Below are positions 38,538-49,119 of a stretch of 64,000 nucleotides of DNA, piece by piece (positions within the stretch are counted from its first letter, which is position 1; each line of letters begins with the position of its first letter). The notes beneath the pieces are model-generated. The model did no database searches. It was not told the origin of the DNA and saw nothing but the letters and a program-made list of their open reading frames with translations. The position numbers were made by a program, and so were the translations under genes. This stretch comes from an uncultured Mucispirillum sp. (GTDB taxonomy: Bacteria; Chrysiogenota; Deferribacteres; Deferribacterales; Mucispirillaceae): positions 42,660 through 106,659 of the forward strand of contig CALURO010000008.1 of NCBI GenBank assembly GCA_944323205.1, read 5' to 3'.

Positions 38538-39083
38538 TTATATTTCTTCTATAATAATATTTTTGTTAGTATATATACATATACCGCCTGCTATATTTAT
38601 AGCTTTTTCAGCTATCTCTCTAACGGAAAGTTCAGTGTTTTCTACCAATGCTCTGCCTGCAGCAAGTGCATAAGGGCCGCCTGAGCCGATAGCTGTTACA
38701 CCGTCATCTGGGTCTATAACATCGCCGTTTCCTGAAACCACATACATTCCTGTTTTATCTGCAACTATCATCATAGCTTCAAGTTTGCGAAGGTATCTGT
38801 CATTTCGCCAGTCTTTTGCAAGCTCTACTGCAGAGCGTTCAAGATTAAAATTATAGCTGTTTAATTTTGCTTCAAATCTATCCATTAATGTAAAAGCGTC
38901 AGCTGCTGAGCCTGCAAAGCCACAAAGAACTTTCCCGCCAGCTAAACGGCGAACTTTTCTGGCATTATCTTTCATAACCATATTGCCAAAAGTAACCTGG
39001 CCATCTGCTGCCATGGCAACATGTTCGCCTTTTCTGATTGCAACAACTGTTGTTGCCTGTATTGAATTATTATTATGCTCCAT
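38538..39083 (-). CDS. hslV: ATP-dependent protease peptidase subunit
   Basis: [30 protein letters not shown]; ATG at 39083 preferred. Confidence 0.97.
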   Translation of the reverse strand: MEHNNNSIQATTVVAIRKGEHVAMAADGQVTFGNMVMKDNARKVRRLAGGKVLCGFAGSAADAFTLMDRFEAKLNSYNFNLERSAVELAKDWRNDRYLRKLEAMMIVADKTGMYVVSGNGDVIDPDDGVTAIGSGGPYALAAGRALVENTELSVREIAEKAINIAGGICIYTNKNIIIEEI

Positions 39084-39230
39084 TCTAACCTCAAAATAAT
39101 TTGTATGATTTATCAGTAAATTTAACCATATAATAAAAAAGTGTAAGTAATATGTCAAACTGTTATATTATTTTTTTGAATATTTTTTACAAATTTACTT
39201 TATTTATTAAAAATATTATAATAAAATAGT

Positions 39231-39899
39231 ATGAATAATTTTTTAAGGTATAGTATGAAATTAAGTCGCAGAATAGGTTATGCAGTTACATATTATTTAG
39301 GCACTGCACTTTTAAAAACATGGAGAATAAAAAATATTAATAAAGAACATTATAATAAAAGTAGACAAGAAGGAAGACGCCCTGTGCTTGTATTGTGGCA
39401 TGATTCTCTACTTCCTTTATCATTCAGCCATTATAAAGATAGTATTGCAACAATAGCTTCTGATTCAAAAGATGGTGATTTAATAGCCTATATACTTGAA
39501 AAATGGGGCTATAAGCTGGCAAGGGGTTCATCTACCCGCGGTGGAATAAAGGCAGCTATGAAACTTGTAAAGTTATGTAAAACATATAATATCTCTGCAG
39601 CTATTACTGTTGACGGACCAAAAGGCCCCCGCCATGAAGTAAAAAGCGGAGCAGTATTTATTGCAAAATGTCTTGATAATGAAATATATGCCGTTACACT
39701 AAAAACTGACAGCTTTATAAGATTTAACAGCTGGGACAAGTTTATTTTCCCAAAGCCATTTGCAAAAGTAGAAGTATGGTATTCTGATGCTTTTTATGTC
39801 AGTGAAGATAAAGATGAAAAAGCATTAAAAGAAGATACTGAGAGACTGCAGAAATTTATGATGCAGAGAACAAGTGAAGTATACAGCGAATTTTTATAA
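39231..39899 (+). CDS. DUF374 lysophospholipid acyltransferase family protein
   Basis: LWH, S.DGD.IA, RGSSTRGG, TVDGPKGP, SWDKF..PKPF. Confidence 0.85.
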   Translation: MNNFLRYSMKLSRRIGYAVTYYLGTALLKTWRIKNINKEHYNKSRQEGRRPVLVLWHDSLLPLSFSHYKDSIATIASDSKDGDLIAYILEKWGYKLARGSSTRGGIKAAMKLVKLCKTYNISAAITVDGPKGPRHEVKSGAVFIAKCLDNEIYAVTLKTDSFIRFNSWDKFIFPKPFAKVEVWYSDAFYVSEDKDEKALKEDTERLQKFMMQRTSEVYSEFL

Positions 39900-39913
39900 T
39901 AATATGGTGAAAT

Positions 39914-41143
39914 ATGCGGATTTTGCTTTTTATATATAATTTTATACTTATTATTCTTACACCAGTGTTAAGCATAGCTGGCTACTTTATTCTTCGCAGG
40001 AAAAATAAGCACCAGTATTACTGGGAACGGTTTGGTTTTATAAAAGTTGATGATTTTAAGCCTGTAAAATCTGTGTGGTTTCACTGTGCCAGTGTAGGCG
40101 AAGTAAGAAGCATAAAAAAGATTGCTGATATTTTAAGGCAGAATAACCCTGAAATAAGTATTGTTGTTTCTACAATGACATCAACAGGCAGGCAGACTGC
40201 CATAGATTATATAAAGGCAGATAAGGCATTTCTGCTGCCTGTTGAAAATTCAAGAGCAGTAAGTATGATTATATCATACATGAATGTATCTGTATTAGTT
40301 ATAGTAGATACAGAATTATGGCCAAATCTTATTTTTACAGCATCAAATCAGGTGCCAGTATTTCTTATAAACGGTAGAATATCAGATAAAACTTATAAAA
40401 CATATAAACGATTTAAGTTTATTTTTAAAAGTGTGCTTAAAAGGTTTAGTGCCATTATGACTAAAAGTGAGCTTGATGAAGAAAGGTTTGTAACTATTTT
40501 AGGTAAAAGCAGTAAAATAATAACAGCAGGCAATATTAAATTTCAGGAACGAAAAACAAAGGACAGTGTAAAAACTATAAAAGAACTTGATAATGTAAAA
40601 TTTTTCTTAGCGGCCTCTACCCATAAGGGCGAAGAAGAAATAATTATTTCATGGTTTGATGGTAAAATGGAAGGCTTTGATAAATTAATTTTTGTGCCGC
40701 GCCATATAGAAAGAAGTGCAGAAGTAAAAGAAATAATTGAGAAACAAGGATATACTGTATCATTTTATTCTGAAAATGATTTTTCAAAACAGGTAATAAT
40801 TATAGATGCTTTTGGACTTTTGGAAGGGCTTTATGTTACAGCTGATAAAATATTTATAGGCGGCTCTTTAAAAGAGATTGGCGGTCATAATATATATGAA
40901 GCACTGCAGTTTGAAAAAACTGTTGCAGTAGGTAAATATATGTTTTCTTTTAAAGAAATATTTGATGAAGCAAAAAAGTTTGGGTTAGTTACTGTCATAA
41001 ATAATAAGGAAGAAGCATTACATTTTTTGCTGACATTAGAACAAAATAATAATTTTATTGATTTTTTCAATAGAATAGATAAAATTAACCAAAATACTGT
41101 ATCTACAATAACAGAGACTATTAATGCAGTAATCAGCAGATAA
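39914..41143 (+). CDS. waaA: 3-deoxy-D-manno-octulosonic acid (Kdo) transferase
   Basis: VWFHCASVGEV, TELWPNL, INGRISD, ASTH.GEE, PRH.ER, GGHN..EA. Confidence 0.93.
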   Translation: MRILLFIYNFILIILTPVLSIAGYFILRRKNKHQYYWERFGFIKVDDFKPVKSVWFHCASVGEVRSIKKIADILRQNNPEISIVVSTMTSTGRQTAIDYIKADKAFLLPVENSRAVSMIISYMNVSVLVIVDTELWPNLIFTASNQVPVFLINGRISDKTYKTYKRFKFIFKSVLKRFSAIMTKSELDEERFVTILGKSSKIITAGNIKFQERKTKDSVKTIKELDNVKFFLAASTHKGEEEIIISWFDGKMEGFDKLIFVPRHIERSAEVKEIIEKQGYTVSFYSENDFSKQVIIIDAFGLLEGLYVTADKIFIGGSLKEIGGHNIYEALQFEKTVAVGKYMFSFKEIFDEAKKFGLVTVINNKEEALHFLLTLEQNNNFIDFFNRIDKINQNTVSTITETINAVISR

Positions 41144-41153
41144 GGAAGTATAT

Positions 41154-42053
41154 ATGATACTATATTATATACTAAAACCGTTAGTAATAATTTTAAACCA
41201 TACACCACGAAAAGTGCTGCATGGCATAGCAAAATTTATGGCTTTCTCTCTTTGGCATTTATCAAAAGACAGGCGTCATGTAGCTGTAACAAATGCAAAA
41301 ATCTTAGGTGCTAAGGACCCTTATAAAACAGCAAGAAAATCATTTGATTATACATTTATGGCTTATCTTGATATTTTTTATGCCCACAGGATTGGTGATG
41401 ATTATATTAAAAATCATGTTACACTAGAGGGCAGGCAGATATATGATAAAGTAAAAAATGAAGATAATAAATTTGTATTTATTGGCGGTCATTTTGGCAC
41501 ATGGAGCCTGCTTGCAACTATTGTACCACAGGTGCTGGATACTCAGGTTATAACAATAGGCCGTTCTACTAAAAATGCAGCTCTTGATAAAATATTAGAC
41601 GAGCTTAGAACATTTGACAGAGTAAAATATGTTACTCACAGGGGTGCTATGGAAAAACTTTCTTCATATATTAATGAAGGCTGTATTCCCGGTGTATATA
41701 TAGACCATACGGCTACTCCAAAAGACTGTATAAATGTAAATTTCTGTGGCTATAAAGTGCCTGTTATTGCAGGTATTCCAGCACTTTGTGCAAGGAAAAA
41801 TTATCCTATAATATTTTTCTTTGGTCTTTATGATGGCTTTGATACAAAAGTTATTTTAAAAGGCCCTGTTTATCCTGATAAAAATTTAAAACCTAAGGAA
41901 AGAATTATAAAAATAGCTGAAGATATAAATAAAGTATATGAAGAAGTTTTCAAAGAGTATCCAGAGCAGTGGTATTTAATCCACAGGCGTTTTAAAAGAG
42001 TGGAATTAGAAGATGGAACAATGAGCGACCATATTTATAAGGAGAGCAGATAA
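41154..42053 (+). CDS. Lipid A late acyltransferase (HtrB/LpxL family)
   Basis: GGHFGTWSL, IDH, PEQWYLIHRRFK; adjacent to waaA. Confidence 0.85.
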   Translation: MILYYILKPLVIILNHTPRKVLHGIAKFMAFSLWHLSKDRRHVAVTNAKILGAKDPYKTARKSFDYTFMAYLDIFYAHRIGDDYIKNHVTLEGRQIYDKVKNEDNKFVFIGGHFGTWSLLATIVPQVLDTQVITIGRSTKNAALDKILDELRTFDRVKYVTHRGAMEKLSSYINEGCIPGVYIDHTATPKDCINVNFCGYKVPVIAGIPALCARKNYPIIFFFGLYDGFDTKVILKGPVYPDKNLKPKERIIKIAEDINKVYEEVFKEYPEQWYLIHRRFKRVELEDGTMSDHIYKESR

Positions 42054-42634
42054 TGGCTGAATTAAAACCTGTTGTATTTTTAGATAGAGATGGCACAATA
42101 AATTATGATGCGGGATATATTAATGATATAGATAATTTTGTTATGTATCCTTATGCAGCTCAGGCGATTAGAATGCTGAATATAAATGGATTTCTAGTTG
42201 TTGTTATCACTAACCAGTCAGGGCTTGCAAGAGGTTTTTTTACAGAAGAAACATTATCAGAAATACATAATAAAATGCTGCATGATTTAAAAAAACAGGG
42301 CGCTTTAATTGATGCAGTATATTTCTGTCCCCATGACCCAAATGCTAAGTTGGAAAAATATAAGGCAGTATGTTCTTGCAGAAAACCTGAAACAGGGCTT
42401 ATAGATATGGCTTTAAAGGATTTGCAGATAGATAAAAGCAGAATGTATTTTATAGGCGATAAACATTCAGATATTATGGCTGGATATAAATCAGGCTGTA
42501 AAACAATAATGGTAAAAACAGGCTACGGAAAGGGAGATTTAATTAATAAATCACATAAATGGGAAGTTAAGCCTGATAAAATAGCAGACACTTTGCTAGA
42601 TGGTGTCAAATTAATATTAAAAAAACAAATATAA
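42053..42634 (+). CDS. gmhB: D,D-heptose 1,7-bisphosphate phosphatase
   Basis: FLDRDGTIN, ITNQSG, CPH.P...CSCRKP, IGDK.SD. Confidence 0.9.
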   Translation: MAELKPVVFLDRDGTINYDAGYINDIDNFVMYPYAAQAIRMLNINGFLVVVITNQSGLARGFFTEETLSEIHNKMLHDLKKQGALIDAVYFCPHDPNAKLEKYKAVCSCRKPETGLIDMALKDLQIDKSRMYFIGDKHSDIMAGYKSGCKTIMVKTGYGKGDLINKSHKWEVKPDKIADTLLDGVKLILKKQI

Positions 42635-42694
42635 GCCTTGAAAATATTTTTATAGTGTAATACTATATAGAGATACAAAGGGAAGAGGTAATTT

Positions 42695-43090
42695 ATGAAA
42701 ATGAAAACATTATTTTTCAAGCTTTTTATGGTGGTAGTGTTGCTTGTTCCTGCATTTGCTTTTGCAGAAATCAAAAATGAAGATGTTGCAAAAGTAGATG
42801 AGCTTATTAAGTCAGGAAAATATACAGTGCTTGATGTTAGGACAAAAGAAGAATATGATGCTGGTCATATTGCAGGTGCTCTTAACTTTGACTATTACAG
42901 TGACGATTTTGAAGAAAAAGTAGAAGCACAGCTTACAGATAAAAAGAAACCATACATTATTTACTGCCGTTCAGGTATGAGAAGCCTTTATTCTGCTGAA
43001 ATATTAGAAGAGCTGGGCTATACTGATGTTACTAATATGAAAGGCGGCCTTTTAGCATGGCAGAGTGCAGGTAAACCAGTAGCGAAATAG
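42695..43090 (+). CDS. Exported rhodanese-like domain protein
   Basis: Signal peptide; LDVRT..EY..GHI.GA; YCRSGMRS; MKGG...W. Confidence 0.9.
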   Translation: MKMKTLFFKLFMVVVLLVPAFAFAEIKNEDVAKVDELIKSGKYTVLDVRTKEEYDAGHIAGALNFDYYSDDFEEKVEAQLTDKKKPYIIYCRSGMRSLYSAEILEELGYTDVTNMKGGLLAWQSAGKPVAK

Positions 43091-43124
43091 CGTAAAATAG
43101 TTTGGTTTATTTTTAGAGGGAAAT

Positions 43125-43490
43125 GTGGATTACGAAAAATTAAAAGAAATAACAGTTCTCTATGTAGAAGATGAAGATATGATGAGAGAATCTGTTGTTA
43201 TGCTTCTTAAAAGACGATTTAAAAAGGTGCTTGTTGCAGCAAATGGTCTTGAAGCTATAGATGTTTTTAAAGCTGAACATCCTGATATTGTAATCACTGA
43301 TTTACAGATGCCTGTTATGGATGGTATGGAGCTTGCCCGCCAAATTAGAGCATTAGGCAGCACTCCAATTATTGTTGTTTCTGCATTTAATGATGACAGC
43401 CATAAGGTGCCTGAAGCAAACGGCAGACTGCTTAAACCTATTAGAAAAAACGATTTATTTGATATAGTGCTGGACTGCATAAGTAGATAG
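43125..43490 (+). CDS. Single-domain response regulator
   Basis: VEDE, ITDLQMPVMDG, VSA, LKP. Confidence 0.9.
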   Translation: MDYEKLKEITVLYVEDEDMMRESVVMLLKRRFKKVLVAANGLEAIDVFKAEHPDIVITDLQMPVMDGMELARQIRALGSTPIIVVSAFNDDSHKVPEANGRLLKPIRKNDLFDIVLDCISR

Positions 43491-43506
43491 TCCAGTGCTT
43501 GTATTC

Positions 43507-43836
43507 TTATAAATTATAAGCCTTTCTTAAAATATTTTCAGGATTTTCTTTAATAATGTTACTGAAAAATCTGATTATTCTTTTATTATCTTCTATATTA
43601 TTGCCACGGGCTATATTCTCTAATGCATTATTTATTACATTATCTACATAGATTTTTGTTGGTGTAGAAAGTGTCTTTGGAGTTTGAGATATAGAAAAAG
43701 TATCAGTATTAACTCTCTCTTTTTCAACTGCATATTCATCATTTGATGGTGTCTGTGAAATAATATTTGTATTATTTTCTGTTTTTGCAGTATAAAAACT
43801 ATTTTGAAAAATTCCGCTTATATTTTGAGTAACCAT
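43507..43836 (-). CDS. Hypothetical protein
   Basis: 109-aa ORF with GGAG RBS; low-complexity N-terminus. Confidence 0.6.
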   Translation of the reverse strand: MVTQNISGIFQNSFYTAKTENNTNIISQTPSNDEYAVEKERVNTDTFSISQTPKTLSTPTKIYVDNVINNALENIARGNNIEDNKRIIRFFSNIIKENPENILRKAYNL

Positions 43837-43874
43837 AGCTCTGCTCCGTAAAAATAATTTTGTAATAAATCACT

Positions 43875-43891
43875 ATCAAAAAACATGCCAA
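43875..43891 (-). promoter_or_regulatory. Possible sigma54 promoter (GG-N10-GA variant)
   Basis: The minus strand reads TTGGCATGTTTTTTGAT, 39 bp upstream of the 43836 start. Confidence 0.35.
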
Positions 43892-44120
43892 AATAAGTAT
43901 ATGAAATAATTTTTAAAAATAAACTAAACTAAATAGTGGTTTTGGTAGTATGCATATACAGATAAGAAATAAAGACTTAAAGGATGTAAAAGTATAAAAA
44001 AAAGCACATTTGAAAAAGATTAATTTTTAGAACAATTGGAAAGTAAATTTGGTTTTCTACTAAAATACATTTAAATTTTAAATCTTCAAATGAGATTGTT
44101 AAAAAAAATGTGGAAAATAT

Positions 44121-45071
44121 TTACTTTTGTAGTTTTTTAAGACCTTCTCTTATCCGTGATGAGTTGCATTCTCCATGATCGTTATCTGTATGGCTGCATG
44201 GCTCCGGATGGATTGTAATATCTGCTCCCGTGATTTCCTTTGATATAGCATTTTCTATTACATCTGTTATTTGGTGCACTTCATCAAGAGTTAATTTTCT
44301 GCACAATGTTAAGTGCATATCAATAAATATTTCATTGCCTGCACTCCTTGTACGCAGTCTGTGAAAATCAAGATGATAGCTGCCAAAGCTGTCTAACACT
44401 TTTAATAGTTTATTATATGCTTCCTCTTCGATACTTGAATCAAGCAGCTGCTTTGAAACCTGCAGGCTTAATTTAATGGCTGAAAACATAATATATATTG
44501 CAACTACTGCTGCAACAATAGAATCTATCACTGTCCAGCCTGTAAATTTTATAATAAAAAGAGCTAAAAGTATGCCTATATTTGTATATAAATCTATAGA
44601 ATAATGCATTGCATCAGCTTCTAAAACCGATGATTTTTCTTTTTTTGCCATATATCTTAAATATATAGTTAAAAATATTGTTGCTGCAATAGATATACCC
44701 ATTACAACAAACCCTGCACTTGAAACTTCCGAGTGTTCATTATTTATAAACTTATTCCAGGCAGAAAGCAGAATAAAAAGTCCTGATACAAAAATAATAA
44801 TAGACTGAATAAATGTTGCCATAGCTTCATATTTACCATGACCATACTGGTGGCCTGTATCTGCCGGCTCTTCTGCTTTCTTTATTGCTATAAAGTTAAA
44901 AAATGATGCTGCAATATCTAAAATAGAATCTACCGCAGAAGAAAGAATAGATAATGAACCAGTAAAAAAACCAACCGCCGCTTTTGATACTGCAAGACTA
45001 AATGCTACAATTATTGCTACTTTTGTCGCTTTTGTTTTGCTGCTCTTATGGGACTGCTGGTTAGTTTCCAT
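44121..45071 (-). CDS. Cation diffusion facilitator (FieF-like)
   Basis: DSILD, P.D..H.YGHGK.E, ADAMHY.ID, IFIDMHL, TIHPEP. Confidence 0.92.
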   Translation of the reverse strand: METNQQSHKSSKTKATKVAIIVAFSLAVSKAAVGFFTGSLSILSSAVDSILDIAASFFNFIAIKKAEEPADTGHQYGHGKYEAMATFIQSIIIFVSGLFILLSAWNKFINNEHSEVSSAGFVVMGISIAATIFLTIYLRYMAKKEKSSVLEADAMHYSIDLYTNIGILLALFIIKFTGWTVIDSIVAAVVAIYIMFSAIKLSLQVSKQLLDSSIEEEAYNKLLKVLDSFGSYHLDFHRLRTRSAGNEIFIDMHLTLCRKLTLDEVHQITDVIENAISKEITGADITIHPEPCSHTDNDHGECNSSRIREGLKKLQK

Positions 45072-46092
45072 TATCCTGATCCTTTTTATCTGTATCGCTG
45101 CTGTCTTTTTCAAGCCATTTTGGTTTAAACCAAATGCTGAATATTCCTATTAATACTACAATAGTGGCTACAACAGTAAAATAAAGAAATATAAATAAAA
45201 GAAGAAGTGACCTTATAAAGATTGAAACTTTAAATTTATCAAATGCATTATTTACTACCTGCAAACCTTGAAAAAAATACAGCAGTGCAAATAAGGCAAG
45301 TATATTGTATGATACATATTTTAATCCATCATATGGTGCAAGTATTAAAAAACCACCTAATATTAATATCCATACTAAATTATCAGGAAGTCTGAACTCT
45401 CTTATTATAACAGCATTATCTCTAAAAACAGGTTTCATTCTGTCACACATATATGTAATCAAAATAAATATAGAAGAAAATGCAGCAGGTATCATATAAA
45501 CAGTCTGTTTTGCAACTGATTCTTTATTTAATATAAGATATGAAAGCATATCTGCATAATAATCTGGTATCTGCATTGTTTCTTTCATCTTTACTAATGT
45601 GTCAATAATGCTTGCCTGTATAATATTTGCAACTGCTGAAACTGCACTTGTTCTTATATCTTCAAAAAATATTAATAATGTTCCAGTTAATAATGCAGGT
45701 AGAACAGCTGAAAGCAATACAGGTATATATAATGGCTTATTACCAACTCTATTTTTATAAAGAAAAAATACAGGTATAAAAATTGTAACAATATATACAG
45801 GCATCCACCATATTTTAATATTTTCACTGTTTAATAAAATCCCAGTTTTTTCTATCATACTTCCCGCACTAGGAAGTATAAAAAATAATACAGTAAAAAG
45901 TGTATATACTATAATAGATATAACATCTGATTTTCTGTTTCTTTCGCTGGATTCAAGATATGCAAGCAAAGCAACGCCTGCAGCAATATATAAAAATATA
46001 CCAAAAACTGCAAAATAAGTTTTTGATGATATTTGTATCATATAAAATGTTAAAAAACTTAAAACAGGGTAAAGTTGAACTGATTTACTCAT
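45061..46092 (-). CDS. DUF2232/YybS family membrane protein
   Basis: Multi-TM protein downstream of rpsR; FRLPD.LVW..I, YFFQGL. Confidence 0.8.
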   Translation of the reverse strand: MSKSVQLYPVLSFLTFYMIQISSKTYFAVFGIFLYIAAGVALLAYLESSERNRKSDVISIIVYTLFTVLFFILPSAGSMIEKTGILLNSENIKIWWMPVYIVTIFIPVFFLYKNRVGNKPLYIPVLLSAVLPALLTGTLLIFFEDIRTSAVSAVANIIQASIIDTLVKMKETMQIPDYYADMLSYLILNKESVAKQTVYMIPAAFSSIFILITYMCDRMKPVFRDNAVIIREFRLPDNLVWILILGGFLILAPYDGLKYVSYNILALFALLYFFQGLQVVNNAFDKFKVSIFIRSLLLLFIFLYFTVVATIVVLIGIFSIWFKPKWLEKDSSDTDKKDQDNGN

Positions 46093-46112
46093 TGACTGCC
46101 CGATATATTAAT

Positions 46113-46135
46113 TAAGCTGGCATAAAGCCAGCTTA
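46113..46135 (-). terminator. Hairpin after rpsR
   Basis: TAAGCTGGC-ATAAA-GCCAGCTTA. Confidence 0.55.
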
Positions 46136-46150
46136 TATATTAAAAATTAA

Positions 46151-46381
46151 TTATTTATTAAGAGTGAATGGAACAAGAGCAATAATTCTTGCAGTTTTAA
46201 CTGCTGCAGCTAAGTTCCTTTGGTGTTTTGCGCAAGTGCCTGTTAATCTTCTAGGCATAATTTTGCCTCTTTCTGTGATAAACTGGCGTAAAAGTTTTGC
46301 ATCTTTATAATCAATATCTATTTTGTCTACACAAAAGCGGCAGACTTTTTTCTTTTGAAATCTTTTTTTAATAACAGCCAT
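46151..46381 (-). CDS. rpsR: 30S ribosomal protein S18
   Basis: [33 protein letters not shown]. Confidence 0.99.
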   Translation of the reverse strand: MAVIKKRFQKKKVCRFCVDKIDIDYKDAKLLRQFITERGKIMPRRLTGTCAKHQRNLAAAVKTARIIALVPFTLNK

Positions 46382-46410
46382 AACTGTCCTCCGTTGTATT
46401 TAAGCTAAAT

Positions 46411-46824
46411 TTAAAAAGGGACGTCTTCGTCACGAACCATATTATCGTCAGCAGGCATTTTTAAATCATCTTTATCTACCATGCTTTCATCGAAATCCGC
46501 CCTGTCTTTGCGTCCTCCAATCATTTGGAAAGACTCAACTATGACTTCATGCTTACTGCGTTTTTGACCTTCCTGCTCCCACTGTCTAAAAGACAGCCTT
46601 CCTTCAACTAAAAGTGGTGTGCCTTTAGTAACATACATACCCATAGTTTCTGCCTGCTTGCCATAAACCACAATATCTATAAACATAACTTCTTCTTTAT
46701 CTTTATATTTGCGGTTAGTAGCAATCCCTGTTGTTGCAATAGTTGTTGCACTGCCCGGCAGGTTTCTAACATCTGGTGTTCTTGTAACATTGCCTAATAA
46801 AACTACTTTATTGTAAGAAGCCAT
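46411..46824 (-). CDS. ssb: Single-stranded DNA-binding protein
   Basis: NKVVLLGN.TR.P, KG..LLVEGRL, acidic tail DEDVPF. Confidence 0.97.
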   Translation of the reverse strand: MASYNKVVLLGNVTRTPDVRNLPGSATTIATTGIATNRKYKDKEEVMFIDIVVYGKQAETMGMYVTKGTPLLVEGRLSFRQWEQEGQKRSKHEVIVESFQMIGGRKDRADFDESMVDKDDLKMPADDNMVRDEDVPF

Positions 46825-46846
46825 AATTTACTCCCTGCTGAAAAAA

Positions 46847-47287
46847 CTATTTTTCTTCGTTTTCAGCTGTTTCTACAGTTTCTTCTAACTGTATATCGTC
46901 TGTGTCTTCTTCGTTTTCGCTTCTTGGTTTACTTACTTTTTCACCGGCTGGACGCTCTTTACGAACTGGCTCTTTGCGTGGGTTTTGTTTAAACCTTTTT
47001 TCGTCAAGCATAACAATAACATAACGAATAACATTTTCATTAAATTGAAAGCGTTTTTCCAACTCATTATTAGTATAGTTAGTGTCTGCTTTAAATTGGA
47101 TTAAAACATAATATCCATCATTATGTTTTTCAATAGGATAAGCAAGTGCCTGCCTGCCCCATACATCAACTTTTACGATTTCGCCACCGTTAGAAGTGAT
47201 GTTTTCTTTGTAAAACTCAATGTGTTTTGCGTGTTCTTCTGCCGATAATTCTGGCTTCAGAATAAAAATTGTTTCATATGTCCTCAT
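46847..47287 (-). CDS. rpsF: 30S ribosomal protein S6
   Basis: MRTYETIFILKP, WG.Q.LAYPI.K..GYY; acidic C-terminal extension. Confidence 0.97.
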   Translation of the reverse strand: MRTYETIFILKPELSAEEHAKHIEFYKENITSNGGEIVKVDVWGRQALAYPIEKHNDGYYVLIQFKADTNYTNNELEKRFQFNENVIRYVIVMLDEKRFKQNPRKEPVRKERPAGEKVSKPRSENEEDTDDIQLEETVETAENEEK

Positions 47288-47467
47288 TAGGACCTCCCTT
47301 ACGGTTTTTAGCCACAGGCATGTAATATCCTGCAGCAAGAGTGAACTGTATTTTTATCAATTTATTCTAATATAGTCAAGTAAAAAATAGCAGTAAATGT
47401 GTAATTTTTTTAAATATTTTATATTTTGCTTGTTTTATTTTCTTTTTTGCTTATAACTATTATTAAT

Positions 47468-48367
47468 ATGGAAGAAAAAGATTACATAAACGATATAGAT
47501 AATGAAAGAGCAGACGCAGCCTGTGCAAGACTTTCTGAAAAAAGCAGGTCACTTATTATAAACCTTTTTGAAAAGGGTCTTATTTTAGTTAATAATGAGC
47601 CTGTTAAAAAATCTGCTAAATTAAAAGCAGGCGATAAAATACATATCACTTTTCCAGATGAAGAACTGCCTAATCTTACTCCACAAAATATTCCTTTTGA
47701 TATTATATTAGATAAAGAAAATTATGCAGTTATAAATAAACCTGCTGGCTTAACAGTGCACCCTGCACCTGGAAACTATGATAATACACTTGTAAATGCT
47801 CTGCTTTATACATTTGTTATAGAAGATGAAGATAACGATTTCCGTCCGGGTATTGTTCACAGGCTTGATAAAGACACCTCCGGTCTTATGATAATAGCTA
47901 AAAATACAGAATATAGAATGAAACTTTCAGAGCTTTTTTTAAACAGAAATATTACAAAAAAATACCTTGCATTATGTCAGGGAACACCTGCATTTTTAGA
48001 AAAACGGATAGAAGCCCCTATTGGAAGAGATAAATATAACAGGCAGAAAATGGCTGTTAGAGATGATGGCAAAATGGCTGTAAGTCATTTTAAAGTTATA
48101 GAAAAATATAAGCGTGCTTTTTTAGCAGAAGTTACCATTTTTACAGGCAGAACTCATCAGATAAGAGTGCATGCTGCAAATATGGGGCATGCTTTAATTG
48201 GTGATACTCTATATGGCGGTAAAGAATTATACGGATTTAAACGACAGGCACTCCATTCTGCATTTTTAGAATTTCATGAGCCTGAAACAGATGAACTTAT
48301 TTCTATTTCTTTACAACTGCCGGAAGATATGGTATTCTTGCAGAGAAATTTAAAGCAGGAGGGCTGA
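47468..48367 (+). CDS. rluD: RluA/RluD family pseudouridine synthase
   Basis: S4-like N-terminus; NKPAGL.VHP; GIVHRLDKDTSG; TGRTHQIRVH. Confidence 0.88.
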   Translation: MEEKDYINDIDNERADAACARLSEKSRSLIINLFEKGLILVNNEPVKKSAKLKAGDKIHITFPDEELPNLTPQNIPFDIILDKENYAVINKPAGLTVHPAPGNYDNTLVNALLYTFVIEDEDNDFRPGIVHRLDKDTSGLMIIAKNTEYRMKLSELFLNRNITKKYLALCQGTPAFLEKRIEAPIGRDKYNRQKMAVRDDGKMAVSHFKVIEKYKRAFLAEVTIFTGRTHQIRVHAANMGHALIGDTLYGGKELYGFKRQALHSAFLEFHEPETDELISISLQLPEDMVFLQRNLKQEG

Positions 48368-48368
48368 T

Positions 48369-49106
48369 ATGGATAAACTGCATGCTGGTATTGATGAATA
48401 CTTATCTGGTGATTTACATAAAGCAATAAAACTCTTAACTGAACATATAAATGAGCAGGGCTATGACACAGCTTCTGCCTATTACCATATTGGGCTATGT
48501 TTTAGCGACTTAAATCAAATGACTCCTGCATGCCAGAATTTTGCAAAAGCTTCTGAACTTGCACCAGATAAATCAATGTATCTTTATAAGCTGGGGCTTT
48601 CCTATTTTCGTCTTATGGCTCTTGATAAAGCTGCTGCCGCCCTAAAAAAAGCCATAGATTTAAACCCTGAACATCAGCGTTCCAGATTTTTACTAGGGCA
48701 GGTTTATTTTCAGCAGGGGTCTATGGAGAAGGCAGAAAATATTTTTTCTGATGTGATTGCAAAAAGTCCAGATTTTGCTGATGCTTACTATCACAGAGCA
48801 TTAACAAGATATCAGCTTTCAAAAGATGAGGAAGCGCTAAATGATTTACAAAAAGCAATAGAGATAAACCCGGATTATAACGAAGCACTGCTTGAAGCTG
48901 CTAAAATTAACTTTGAAAACTCTAATTTTGAGCAGGCAGCTGCTGACTGCAAAAAAATATATGAAAAAGGATACAGAAATTTCTCATTTATAAAATATTA
49001 TTTAACAGTGCTTTTAAAAGCATGCAAAAAAGAAGAATTTGATAATTTAAAAGCAGAAGCATCTGCTCTTTTTCCTAACAATATAGATATTGAAAATATA
49101 AAATAA
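48369..49106 (+). CDS. Tetratricopeptide repeat protein
   Basis: Repeated AYY..G..A...P motifs. Confidence 0.9.
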   Translation: MDKLHAGIDEYLSGDLHKAIKLLTEHINEQGYDTASAYYHIGLCFSDLNQMTPACQNFAKASELAPDKSMYLYKLGLSYFRLMALDKAAAALKKAIDLNPEHQRSRFLLGQVYFQQGSMEKAENIFSDVIAKSPDFADAYYHRALTRYQLSKDEEALNDLQKAIEINPDYNEALLEAAKINFENSNFEQAAADCKKIYEKGYRNFSFIKYYLTVLLKACKKEEFDNLKAEASALFPNNIDIENIK

Positions 49107-49119
49107 TACTGGAGCAGCG

